Positions 53,347 through 64,000 of a stretch of 64,000 bases of DNA are shown piece after piece. The notes beneath the pieces are model-generated. The model did not search any database and was not told the DNA's origin. It was given only the letters and a program-made list of their open reading frames with translations. The translations under genes and the position numbers were made by a program. Within the stretch, counting starts at the first letter, position 1; the number at the start of each line of letters is the position of its first letter. Source of the stretch: Octopus bimaculoides (taxonomy: Eukaryota); contig NC_068983.1 in the NCBI RefSeq assembly GCF_001194135.2, forward strand, positions 35,660,705 to 35,724,704, read 5' to 3'.

Positions 53347-54414
53347 ATTCTTACTACATAGTTACTCCTGTCTCTAGGATTTTATATACAAAGAAATGGT
53401 TTTCAGGGGCCATATCATTGCAAAAATCAAAATTTCATTTATATATGAGTGGACAAATGAAAAAAAGTGGCACTCAACACATTTGGAATATGAGTTGCAT
53501 ATATTTTTTAATAACAGTTAGACTCAACTCTATATGACTTATTCATTGGCTTATTTAGATTTTTAGCCCTTGTTTATTACAGCCTGAAGAAAGTTTGAGT
53601 GGAAATAGAAATTTAAATCTTTTATTCATTATTATCATGATTACATTTTTATATTTATGAAAGTGATACATTTGTGTTAGTGTGGTTATTATTATTATTA
53701 CCAGGGTAAAATGTTGAAGAGTGAACAATGATAAAGATTCAACATTGTCACTTGACCTACTGAAAATAGCTGACATATTTTTTATCAACAAGTTTCTCGG
53801 TGGAGATAACATATTTTGAACCTTAATTTTTAAGATACTTTCTTTTTAAGAATACATTATAATTATGACCACCAAATAAGAAACTGTTAATTCTGTGATA
53901 CTGAGGGTTACATCATGCCCAAAACAAAAGTTTACCATTGCACTTTCTTCCATAACAGGGGTCCCATGGAATGTAAGCACAACAGCCAGAGAAGACAGAG
54001 GTTGCCCTGCAAAGTTATACTAATTACATGCATGTGTTACAAACTGGTGGCCTCTAATAGACCAACATACTGCTGGTCACCAGAATATGCTGAGTTTGCA
54101 TGAAGCCATCATCACTTTTGATTCTCTGAAGCCAGAATGAGAGTAGATACTGTATGTGATGAGGCTAGACTTTCAAAGTTATAGGTATAATCCATCTAGT
54201 CTTTCACGTGGTTTCTATTTACTCAGTTTAACTTATTTCGTTTAGGCTGATGAGGCTGTGGTAGATGGCATTTGTTTAAAGTGTTGTGCAGTGGGATTGA
54301 ATCCAGAAGTTCATGATAATAACAAAATAAAACTTCTTAATTATTTGCTTGCACCCAGAGTGTCACAAATACACACAAATATAAATACAAACACATGGAA
54401 GAAATTTACAATAT

Positions 54415-54940
54415 CATTATCATTGTTTAACGTTCGCTTTCCATGCTGGCATGGGTTGAATGGTCTGATTGAGGATTGGCAAGCCAGTAGGCTGCACCAG
54501 GCTCCAATCTGATCTAGTAAGATTTCTACAGCTGGATGCCCTTCCTAATGCCAATCACTCTGAGAGTGTAGTGGGCACTTTTTATGTGCCACCGGCACGG
54601 GAGCCAGTCAGGCAGCACTGGCATCAACCACATTGGGATGGTGCTTTTTATGTGCCACCAGCACGGGAGCTAGTCAGGGGACACTGGCATTGACCACGTT
54701 TGAATGGTGCTTTTTATGTACCATCAACATGGGGAGCCAGTCAAGCAGCACTGGCATCGACCTACGTTCAAATGGTGCTTATTACGTGCCAGTCAGGTGG
54801 CACTGGCATCGGCTACAACTTCACTTGACTCAACAGATCTTCTCAAGCACAGCATATCGCCCAATGATTCAAGGGTACTTTTAAATGGGCTGGTTATGCA
54901 ACACTGGCATCGGTCATAGCTGTGATGTCACTTTACTTGC
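54415..54940 (-). mobile_element. Long SINE family T copy with an internal tandem repeat of about 67 nt
   Basis: (ATC)n tail, T body, and about 3.5 units of CTTTTTATGTGCCACC.GCACGGGAGCCAGTCAGG..GCACTGGCATC.ACCAC.TT.GA.TGGTG. Confidence 0.85.
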
Positions 54941-55245
54941 CGGGTCTTTTTACATATGCACAAATTCTTAAACATTACCTGGCTTAAAGCAACCTCCTTC
55001 AACACTACACCCTGCCTCAGTTGAGGGGCTCTTTCCATGCAAGTTACTAGGTGACCTTACCAGTTAGTGTTAGGTGGGGCACTAAGCCATAGAAACCATG
55101 CTAAAGTAGACATTGGAGTTTGGTGAAGTCCTCCAGTCTGCTAGCTCTTGTTGAACCATCCAACCCATACAGAATGGAAAACAGATGTTAACTGATTATG
55201 ATGGTGATGATATAAACATGCAAAAACATACATATGCCTATGTGC

Positions 55246-55293
<48 letters not shown>

Positions 55294-55430
55294 GAGACAG
55301 AGAGAGACAGACAGACAGAGATTAAGTAGTACAAGAAAAGAAAGATTATCATTACTAAAAATCAACAACAAAAATAAAAATAAAGCAACAAAATACAACT
55401 TCTTTAACACAAACAGAAATAACAACTTAC

Positions 55431-55547
55431 TCTTGTTGCCTTGATAATGGTAAGAATATCTCCTTTGTTGAATGGAAGATCTTCCAAAGAGCCACCTGGA
55501 AACTTGTAGCTGGCCACAACTTCGGTTCCCATCTGCCAAGTTTCATG
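55431..55547 (-). CDS. CSK: Csk exon, N-terminal half of SH3 domain (117 nt, phase 0 to 0): HETWQMGTEVVASYKFPGGSLEDLPFNKGDILTIIKATR
   Basis: Manual translation of the minus strand. Acceptor TTTCTTCAG (plus-strand ctg at 55548-55550) and donor GTAAGT (plus-strand acttac at 55425-55430). The peptide matches the recalled human CSK segment [36 protein letters not shown] and ends at the same intron position. The ORF track shows it in a different frame. Confidence 0.93.
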
Positions 55548-56097
55548 CTGAAGAAATCAAATCAATACATTAACTTCAGTATATGAAATATGAAGCATAG
55601 ATAATAACAATAACTATATTGTATGGAATATTTATTCAAGTGTGTATATGGACTGCAGCAAATAGCAATTTCTCACTATACATATGTATATATATTTATA
55701 CATGCATGTCAGAATACACACACACTTTATGAGCATGCACACATATACAGACATACATTTACACACACACACACTCATATATGTGCATACACACACATTA
55801 TGAGCATCCTACATATACAAGCATATACATTTACATATGCACACATTCATACATACATACATACAGACATATTTGCAAACACACACACTTGATACTATCC
55901 AGATGGCCATAATGAGTTGTTGGGTCATCATCGAAGAGTGTCTGGAACATGTGAATCTAATATAATTTGCCCCCCCCCCTCCCAACTTACCCCATTTTCT
56001 CTTCAGCCAGAAATCAAATGTACCATGTGTAAGGTGAAATATCTCAACTAGGAATGAAACTATGCAATAGATCAACTTGTCACCACCTTGCACAGTG

Positions 56098-56146
<49 letters not shown>

Positions 56147-56753
56147 ATCAATTAACGTCCGATTTCCACACTGGCATAAGTTGGATAGTTTGACAGAATA
56201 CAATGGGTCCCAGGACTGCATTGTGCTCCAGTACCTGCTTTGGCAAGGTTTCTACAACTGGATCCACTTCCTAAGGCCAACACTTTACTGTGTGTACTGA
56301 GCACTTTTTTCCACCCTACTGACAGAAGTGAGTGGGGGCGGGGGCATGCAACTTGTAAGACAACAAAACCAAAAGTAAGGGAAAGGCTTTATGCTAGGAG
56401 GATCAGGGGTTGAAATGAAAGTGAAGGGTGTATAGCAAGAAGATTCTTGTTAGGGGAGCTACATAGCTACACACATTTAGAAGTGAGGGAGAGAATGATC
56501 AGCAGGAATTGCAAATCCTGGTGGTCCCTCAAAGTAAAAGGTGAGTAGTGGCAGAAGGACTTGGAGTGTGGATGGAGGAGTAAGAGATAGAGGAATGAGA
56601 GAGGGGAGGTGAACAATAACTGTAAAGATGGAGTAAAGTTGAGGGGTGGATGTAAGGAGAGATGGATAAGGGGCGGGAGAATGAGCAATGATGCGTGTAT
56701 TTAGGAAGGAAGAAGGATGCAGAAGAGAGCAGTGTGCAGCAGGATAGGAATAA

Positions 56754-57130
56754 TAACAAGAGCACTCAGACAGCTCAAACCTCCACGAAGACAACACCAA
56801 CATCCTCTCAATGATTAGCTAGAGATGATTTTTAAAGTGAGAATATCTGAAATAAACTTGACTGCTCTCACAAACGAGAATACTAAAAATGAACCCAACT
56901 GCTCTCAAAAATTAAGTAAAAAAAAAAAAAAACGGGAAAATAATCCAGAATCCTTGTCCAGTATTGGATTGATCTCAAAATCTAATCAGCTCATGCCAAT
57001 CACAAGGCCAAACATCCCTGAAAGTTTCATCCGAATCCATCCAGTGGTTCTTGAGATATCTTGTCCATGGACAAACAAACAAACGCAACTGAAAACAGTA
57101 CCTCTGCCTTCACTAAGACAGAGGTAATAA
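56754..57130 (+). mobile_element. Non-autonomous Helentron/HINE-like element
   Basis: Starts AACAAGAGCACTCAGA...AAACCTCC, contains (CAAA)n, and ends in the hairpin ACCTCTG-CCTTCACTAAGA-CAGAGGT followed by AATAA. Family assignment is from recalled architecture. Confidence 0.5.
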
Positions 57131-58032
57131 TGTATGTTTTATAGTTTGACATTTATTCAACCATGCAAGAATACTTTTTGCATACATGGTTGTTTGCATA
57201 TTGTTGGAGAAATAGTTTAAGCACTGAATTGTGCTGAGCTTAAAATACAAAGCTTTTTTAAGAGTACATGACTTTAGCTTGACAAGAGATAAACCTTATC
57301 AAATCCCTCTTTTGTAATACTACCAGTTGCTAGTTTATTTAACACTGTAGTTGTTAGTTTATCTAACACTGTAGTTCACCTACAGTGGATTTGCACTCGT
57401 GGCCTAATACATTGACCACCATTAACCAAGTCAATTGTTCTCAACCATCTTTTGCCTTTGGACCCTTTTGGTTCCTGTTTTATTCTACTGAACACCCCCT
57501 CGCCTATTAAAAAAAATCCTATTATATTTTTATAATTAAATATTATTAAGAATTGCATAAGAAAAATCGTTGAAATATAACCAATTTATTGCACATAAAC
57601 TTCAATAACAAAATCTCATATGGACCCCAGCTAAGAACCACTTAAATGATAACAGAAAGGCTGATTTTTTTCTATGCAGGCTTCCATATGAGTTTAACTG
57701 TCGATAGTTAACTAAATTGAGATAAAGAATTATTATTATATATATATCATCATTTAACGCCTGCTTCCCATGCTGGCATGGGTGTGACAGTTTGACAGGA
57801 GCTGGCCAGGCAGAAGACTGCAGACTTCTGTGTCTGTTTTGGCATAGTTTTTATAGCTGGATGCCCTTCCCAATATGAACCACCCTGCAGAGTGGACTGA
57901 GTGTTTTTTACATGGCACCAGCACAGTTGAGGTAACCTTTGGCATGGTTTTTTTACAGCTGGATGCCTTTCCAAATGACAACCACTGGAGAATACGTGAA
58001 TAGAAATATTTACTGGCACTCCATCACTTATG

Positions 58033-58305
58033 ATGACGAGGGTTCCAGTTGATCTGATCAATAGAACAGCTTGCTCATGAAAATAAAGTGTAAGTGGCTG
58101 AGCACTCCACAGACTTCTCAGGGAGATTCAGCGTGACACAAAGTGTGATAAGGCTGGCTCCTTGAAATACAGGTACTACACATTTTTGCCAGCTGAGTGG
58201 ACTGGAGCAATGTGAAATAAAGTGCCTTGCTCAACGTGCCACTAGGGATTGAACTTGCAACCCTACAATTGCAAGCCGAATACCCTAAACACTGAGTCAC
58301 ATGCA
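58033..58305 (-). mobile_element. SINE, family R-related subfamily
   Basis: Same body as 37945-38235. Confidence 0.75.
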
Positions 58306-60220
58306 TTCATGTGTGAACAAAAATATTTAATTTATAATCATTAGTCTGACAAAATATATTTTGTCACCCTAATCATTATGATCTAAATATTTTATTAAAT
58401 CTCAGGCCTATTTTTCAGCTCTTTATACTAAGTGGCCAAACAGCTTTTTTTTAACCTGTTACCCCTTGCAATAGAATTATGTGTGATGAAATATTTGACT
58501 GTATTTCACATAGTCTTTATTCCCCACACTTGCAATCCCCTGGCACACATACACACATGCGCCCTCAATCTCTCTCTCTGTATCTCGCTCTGCCCAGGGA
58601 GACATTGACCTACAGATGTTTAACCTGACCTTAACTGCATCAATTTCACTATCTGCAAATGTCACAGGCCAGGTCTCTCTTTTTTAAGACAGAAAAAAAG
58701 CAAAGCAAAATCAAGCTATTTGAGCAACCAATATTTGAAAGAATTTGTGTTGCTATGTACATATGAAATTGTGAATAAATTTCTATTTCATTTCATTTTT
58801 TCAAGTCACAGATTTTATTTTTAATGTACACCCACTACTTGTCTAGCATATATCCAGACAGCTTACCAAAGTATCAAATTTTCAAAAACAAAAAAAAAAA
58901 TATTCTTTTATATTTTGTTTAGTAATTAATCATCAATAAAAAAAATTTTTTCTCTAAATTTGGACATTCTAACTTCACTAGTTACTAAGATATCAGAACG
59001 GACACAGAAGTAATCGATCAAGCAAACAAACGTGATAAAAATAGAGGCATCTAATTCCTATACGGTTGGATTTTACGAATGATAGAAACAATGCAGAGCA
59101 GAACACAGCAATTGAGTTTACGGAAGATACACAAGGGAGGTAACGAAATATAAACATTGTTATTCTTAAAGCACCAAAATTAGTTTTAACTTGAAACATT
59201 TATTTGTCATTATAACGAAAGCGTTAGTCCATACATTTATTGTTGTTTTTCTTTTATTCCTTGACAAACACAACTTATGAATCATAATCAACATAATAAC
59301 AATAAGAACTACCAGTACACAATCAGTTTAAGCAATTTCCCCTATCTGCTGATTAATTCATTTCAAAACAAAAAGAAAAAGGCCTCCTACTTTCCCTTGA
59401 CTAATTACACTACCCTCTTTTTCTAATTAAATCAGTAAACCCCTCCAGACTATTTCCTCTCCTACTCCACCTCTGCCACCTGCCTCTGTGATTCCCTATT
59501 TCACATCACAACAGAAACTATAACTATTACACATTCACTTGATATTCTGCTCTCATATCAACTGAGAAACTAAGAATAGGTTTTCCTCACATTTTCTTCC
59601 ATTTGAAATTAAGATATTCTTTAACCACTTCTCTCTCTGGGTCTATCTTTTACACACACACACACACACACAACACAGAGTATATTCAGTATAAACAACA
59701 ACCAAAACCCACTAAAAAAACATTCATAGCCTACATATCTCTAATATTTCTTCATAAGTATTATTTCAAAATAAATCAATACTGCTGCTATGTATCTCTC
59801 ATTTTTTCCCCCTCGCTCTCAATTACTTGAATCTCCAAAGTTCTTCTTCTCACATGCAGAGAAAGAAGATTCCAGTTGCAGAAGCACCAAATCTATTAAC
59901 ACAAGACAAGGGTGCACAGACACTGCCGCTGATGTATACAGGACCTTTGGATCAAACTCTTGCCAGTGTCTTATGATCCAATGACCCTTCCTGAACCAAT
60001 GATGGCATGGAGACCAATTCTACTTTGATTGTTGAAGATCTTGTTTGAATACTCAGCGGTTATATGGTCACTCTATCTGCAAGAAATAGTAGCAAAATCT
60101 CATTATAATTACACTCGATGTCTTAAAAAAAGAAGTGCACACTGGATATTTTAGGCCTAGATATATTTATCCTGAAAAAATTAAGTTAAGTTGGGCTTAG
60201 CCGGAATTCTTTATTCTTTT

Positions 60221-60604
60221 CTTTTATTTGTTTCAGTTATTTGACTGCGGCAATGCTGGAGCACTACATCTAGTCAAACAAATCGACCCCAGGACTTATT
60301 CTTTGTAAGCCTAGTACTTATTCTATCGGTGTCTTTTGCTGAACCGCTAAGTTACAGGGATGTAAACATGCCAACATCGATTGTCAAGTGATGGCGAGGG
60401 GACAAACACACACACACATTATATATATATATATATATATATATATTACACAACAGACTTCTTTCAGTTTCCGTCTAACAAATCCACTCACAAGGCTTTG
60501 GTTGGCCCAAGGCTATAGTAGAAGACACTTGCCCAAGGTATCATACAGTGGACTGAACCTAGAACCATGTGGTTGGTAAGCAAGTTACTTACCACACAGC
60601 CACT
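60221..60604 (-). mobile_element. SINE family K (head plus module S)
   Basis: TTGTTTCAGTTATTTGACTGCGG...CTTTGTAAGCCTAGTACTT..., (TA)n, then TTTCAGTTTCCGTCT...ACTTGCCCAAGG...CCACACAGCC. Confidence 0.85.
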
Positions 60605-60626
60605 ACTGCTTTATTTTTACCCATTA

Positions 60627-60978
60627 NNNNNNNNNNNNNNNNNNNNNNNNNNNNNNNNNNNNNNNNNNNNNNNNNNNNNNNNNNNNNNNNNNNNNNNNNN
60701 NNNNNNNNNNNNNNNNNNNNNNNNNNNNNNNNNNNNNNNNNNNNNNNNNNNNNNNNNNNNNNNNNNNNNNNNNNNNNNNNNNNNNNNNNNNNNNNNNNNN
60801 NNNNNNNNNNNNNNNNNNNNNNNNNNNNNNNNNNNNNNNNNNNNNNNNNNNNNNNNNNNNNNNNNNNNNNNNNNNNNNNNNNNNNNNNNNNNNNNNNNNN
60901 NNNNNNNNNNNNNNNNNNNNNNNNNNNNNNNNNNNNNNNNNNNNNNNNNNNNNNNNNNNNNNNNNNNNNNNNNNNNNN
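60627..60978. other. Assembly gap (N run)
   Basis: 352 Ns. Confidence 1.
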
Positions 60979-63486
60979 GGGGGGGGGGGGTGAATATAAA
61001 ATGGCCGAGTTGGAAGACCGAAAGCAACATATATGATGCTTGCTATGAAAATTCTGAATCTTTAAAACTTTGTGTCAGAAGTAAAAGAACCTGAGGATAT
61101 AACAAGATAAGCAACACAAACCTACTGTACATTTTAAACATTAGCCAAGTAATGATAAAATATTCATGAATCAAATCCATAAGAGGTACTACAGATCAGA
61201 GGTTCATGTTTTGTAGCTTAGCCCCAAGTCAACTCTGACTAAAAAGGCTTATCACCAAAGTGTTTCAAAGATCCTTGACTTGGTTTGTGATGTTATTGAA
61301 ATAATAAATAAATAAAATAAAAGCAACTTATTACATTTTGTCTTATCTGAAGAATCTACTAGAAGGCAGCTACTAAAAGACTCTCGCTGCTGCTGTTAAT
61401 TCTGAAGTCTCCTTGAGTGTTGAGTATGTCTTCAAGAATCGTTAAAGCAGGAAACAATATGATTTTGGTGCTCAAAGACTGCCAAAGAATTGTTGGCATA
61501 CTGGCATGACAGGGAGTGCCAACTTTATGCCAAGCATGTAAAACACAATTACTAATATTATAGAATGTTTTTTTTTTTGTCTCTTTTTAAACCATCTTTA
61601 GATTCCTTCATATAAATAGTAAAGGAATATATCAGAAATAACTAACTGATATATTAAAAAAAAAGAAAGGCTCATCATATAGTCAGAAAAATAATGAGCT
61701 CATTAAAATAGATATCTGAGTGAAATAATATTGCTGGTCGATGATACAAAGTGAGAGGTAGACGAAAGAGATACAGATTGAGAGAACTAAAACTGATAGA
61801 GCCAGTCACTTGCTCAGTTGGAGAGGTCAGAAGTGGTTTATTATAGTAATTAGTGTTGCAAAATCAACCTCATGGGTCCATTTTCTTCTAACTTTCAACT
61901 TATAAGAAACCATTGGTTGAGTTAGTAGAAAGTTGACCTTTCTGATGAGGTTAGTAGATCAAGTTCTCATCAGAAAGAGAGGTAGCTGTTGGTGTACCTA
62001 GATGAGTCAACTTCACATTTCTTATTTCTAGATTTCATAAAATAAAGTAGCAGTCCAGTATTGAGATTAGTGGCATCAACTAACTCCCTTTTCTTTCAAA
62101 AAAAGATTACCTTAGAGACTGTGCTGAGGTCAATGAACCCAGAATCTAGTTGGAAACTTATCTAAATTACTGACATTACTTCATCACGGTAGCTCAAGGT
62201 TTCACGTTTTGCTTTTAAAAGAAACTAATGTTGCTAGATATTGTTCCAAAACACCAAATATATTTCCTGTTGCAGTAATCTAACAATTTAATAAACAAAT
62301 CAGATTCTTTTTAAGGAAACTAAAGTTTATAATGTCTCTTTCATATAATCCTTAACTGGTTCTAGTCTATTGGCTATGGCCTAGCTGGCGTACCAATAGG
62401 TGGTGGTACATGGGCCATATGTAAGGTAAACAGGATTATCTAATGTGTGTTATCAACTAAAAGGCTAAATAAATGAAACTTTGCTTCAGATATGGAATCC
62501 TGTTCCTCTGACATATTGACAAACATATGTTAGACTATACATTTATAGCAGAGTAATGTTGCTTTTATATCACAAATGAAACAAAAACTTTTTAAGTGGA
62601 TGGTGAAGTAGGGTCTAATGGTATTTTCTTAATTTTCCTAAAATTTTGATTTCAACTAAGGTGATCTCCCTTGTTTGTTCTGAATGTTCAAAAGCCCTGA
62701 AGGAGCTTTCGATTATTAATTGCATGAATAGTCTCATTTAACTGAAGTTTTCCCACTAACTATATTACATATGTCAAACCCAACCTAATTTCTGCTTAGT
62801 ATGCAGAATGCTACTCTGAGACATTGTTTCATTTGCAATATTATCTATTTTAAATACACACATACATATGTGTATGTTTATTTATTTCATCGATAGTTGG
62901 CATCTACTCAGAGTTTTTGCCCTGAGCTAGGCTATTCTTGAGTAAGCTGCTGACTTTTGGTAATAGACTTATCTAACCATTCTACTCAATGTATTGGGTT
63001 ATATATTAGGTAAGGTTTGCACAATGCAGAATACAGTTTTAATATATTTTACAAATATATACATTTTTAATATATTTGATAATAATAAAGTAAAAGTGAA
63101 ACAAAAATTTCGTTTCACTTTTACTTTATTTTATTCCATGATCAGAAATTCTATTTATATTGTCCTTTAATCTTACTTTCTTTTATTTGTTATATTAATT
63201 TACCCATATATTATTTAACCCATCATTCATGGTTGTTTACTATTACAATTATTGAATTGAAATATAAGTAATACTTTTAACGCATACATACACACACACA
63301 TGTATACATACTCGCATAGTAAACATGTTTATATATTCTGTATACTCCGAAAGTATCCTAATGTAATCCTTATTGTCCTCTGAAAACCCTGATGAGTTTC
63401 CTTATAAGGTATTTAAAATGTGAAATTATATTTTTATATGTTTTGTAATTTTAATGTTGTTTGAGAAAATATATGTGTGTGTGTGT

Positions 63487-63587
63487 GTGGCACCTTGGGC
63501 AAGTGTCTTCTACTATAGCCTCGGGCTGACCAAAGCCTTGAGTGAATTTGGTAGACAGGAACTGAAAGAAGCTCATCATGTGTGTGC

Positions 63588-63630
<43 letters not shown>

Positions 63631-64000
63631 TATACACACATACATATATTATCATCATCGTCGTTTAACGCTCGCTTTCCATGCTGGCATGGGTTGGACA
63701 GTTTGACTGAGGACTGGTAAGCCAGAAGGCTGCACCATGCTCCAATCCGATCTGGCAAAGTTTTTACAGCTGGATGCCCTTCGTCTTTATGTATGTATGT
63801 ATGGGTGTGTGTGCATATGTGTTTGTCCCTCCAACATAGCTTGACAACTGATGCTAGTGTGTTTACATCTCTGTAACTTAGCAGTTCGGCAAAACAGACC
63901 GATAGAATAAGTACTAGGCTTACAAAGAATAAGTCCTGGTTGCTCTTAGAGGTGGTGCTCCAATGCGGCCACAGTCAAATGACTGAAACAAGTAAAAGAA
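63487..64000 (+). mobile_element. 5'-truncated family K plus module S element with a nested minus-strand family T copy (about 63650-63783)
   Basis: GTGGCACCTTGGGCAAGTGTC head remnant, (TA)n, inverted T tail, then module S running to the window end. Confidence 0.8.

Larger units (their letters stand above)
12822..55430 (-). other. 42,609-nt GT-AG phase-0 intron splitting the Csk SH3 domain
   Basis: Bounded by GTAAGT and TTTTAG. The flanking exons join in frame as ...KATR|DPNW... No other Csk-like exon was seen inside, although two N gaps lie within it. Confidence 0.8.

Noticed and set aside
54577-54817. CRISPR-like array
   Set aside because: The units are contiguous degenerate tandem repeats without unique spacers, inside a eukaryotic SINE.
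54258-54919. Overlapping 70-85 aa ORFs with repeated FYVPPA peptides; similar ORFs at 15.6, 29.6, 34.2 and 50.3 kb
   Set aside because: They are translations of the non-coding SINE T tandem unit.
55985-56030. AAAATGG|GTAAGT as a possible Csk start exon
   Set aside because: ATG followed by one or two bases does not give the phase-0 join that the 55547 exon needs. No start exon could be supported in the window.
61938-61977. 12-bp hairpin CTTTCTGATGAG / CTCATCAGAAAG containing a TGATGA (box C-like or hammerhead-like) motif
   Set aside because: No convincing box D partner or hammerhead stem II plus GAAA. It is short enough to arise by chance or local template switching.
63388-63425. CCCTGATGAG hammerhead-like motif
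   Set aside because: No clean stem II leading to GAAA.

Overview
AT-rich, microsatellite- and SINE-dense eukaryotic DNA with five N gaps. The repeat families look like those of an octopod cephalopod (inference). The whole window lies inside the 5' half of one minus-strand gene, a C-terminal Src kinase (Csk) orthologue. Visible exons are SH3 first half (55547-55431), SH3 second half (12821-12721, after a 42.6-kb intron), and then two diverged copies of the SH2 exon (9235-9010 and 1070-851). Both SH2 copies have identical splice phases (2 to 0) and canonical AG/GT ends. Including both, or neither, shifts the reading frame. The best reading is a pair of mutually exclusive SH2 exons that let one Csk locus make kinases with two different phosphotyrosine-binding domains. 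The start exon and the exons after SH2 (linker, kinase) were not found in the window. The rest is intronic: several tRNA-derived SINE families, piggyBac-, hAT- and Helitron-type non-autonomous elements, a Penelope-like fragment with a hammerhead-like motif, a perfect 40-bp hairpin and minisatellites. Most ORFs in the supplied track are microsatellite or gap artefacts. Repeat family labels K, M, R, S and T are my own working names.
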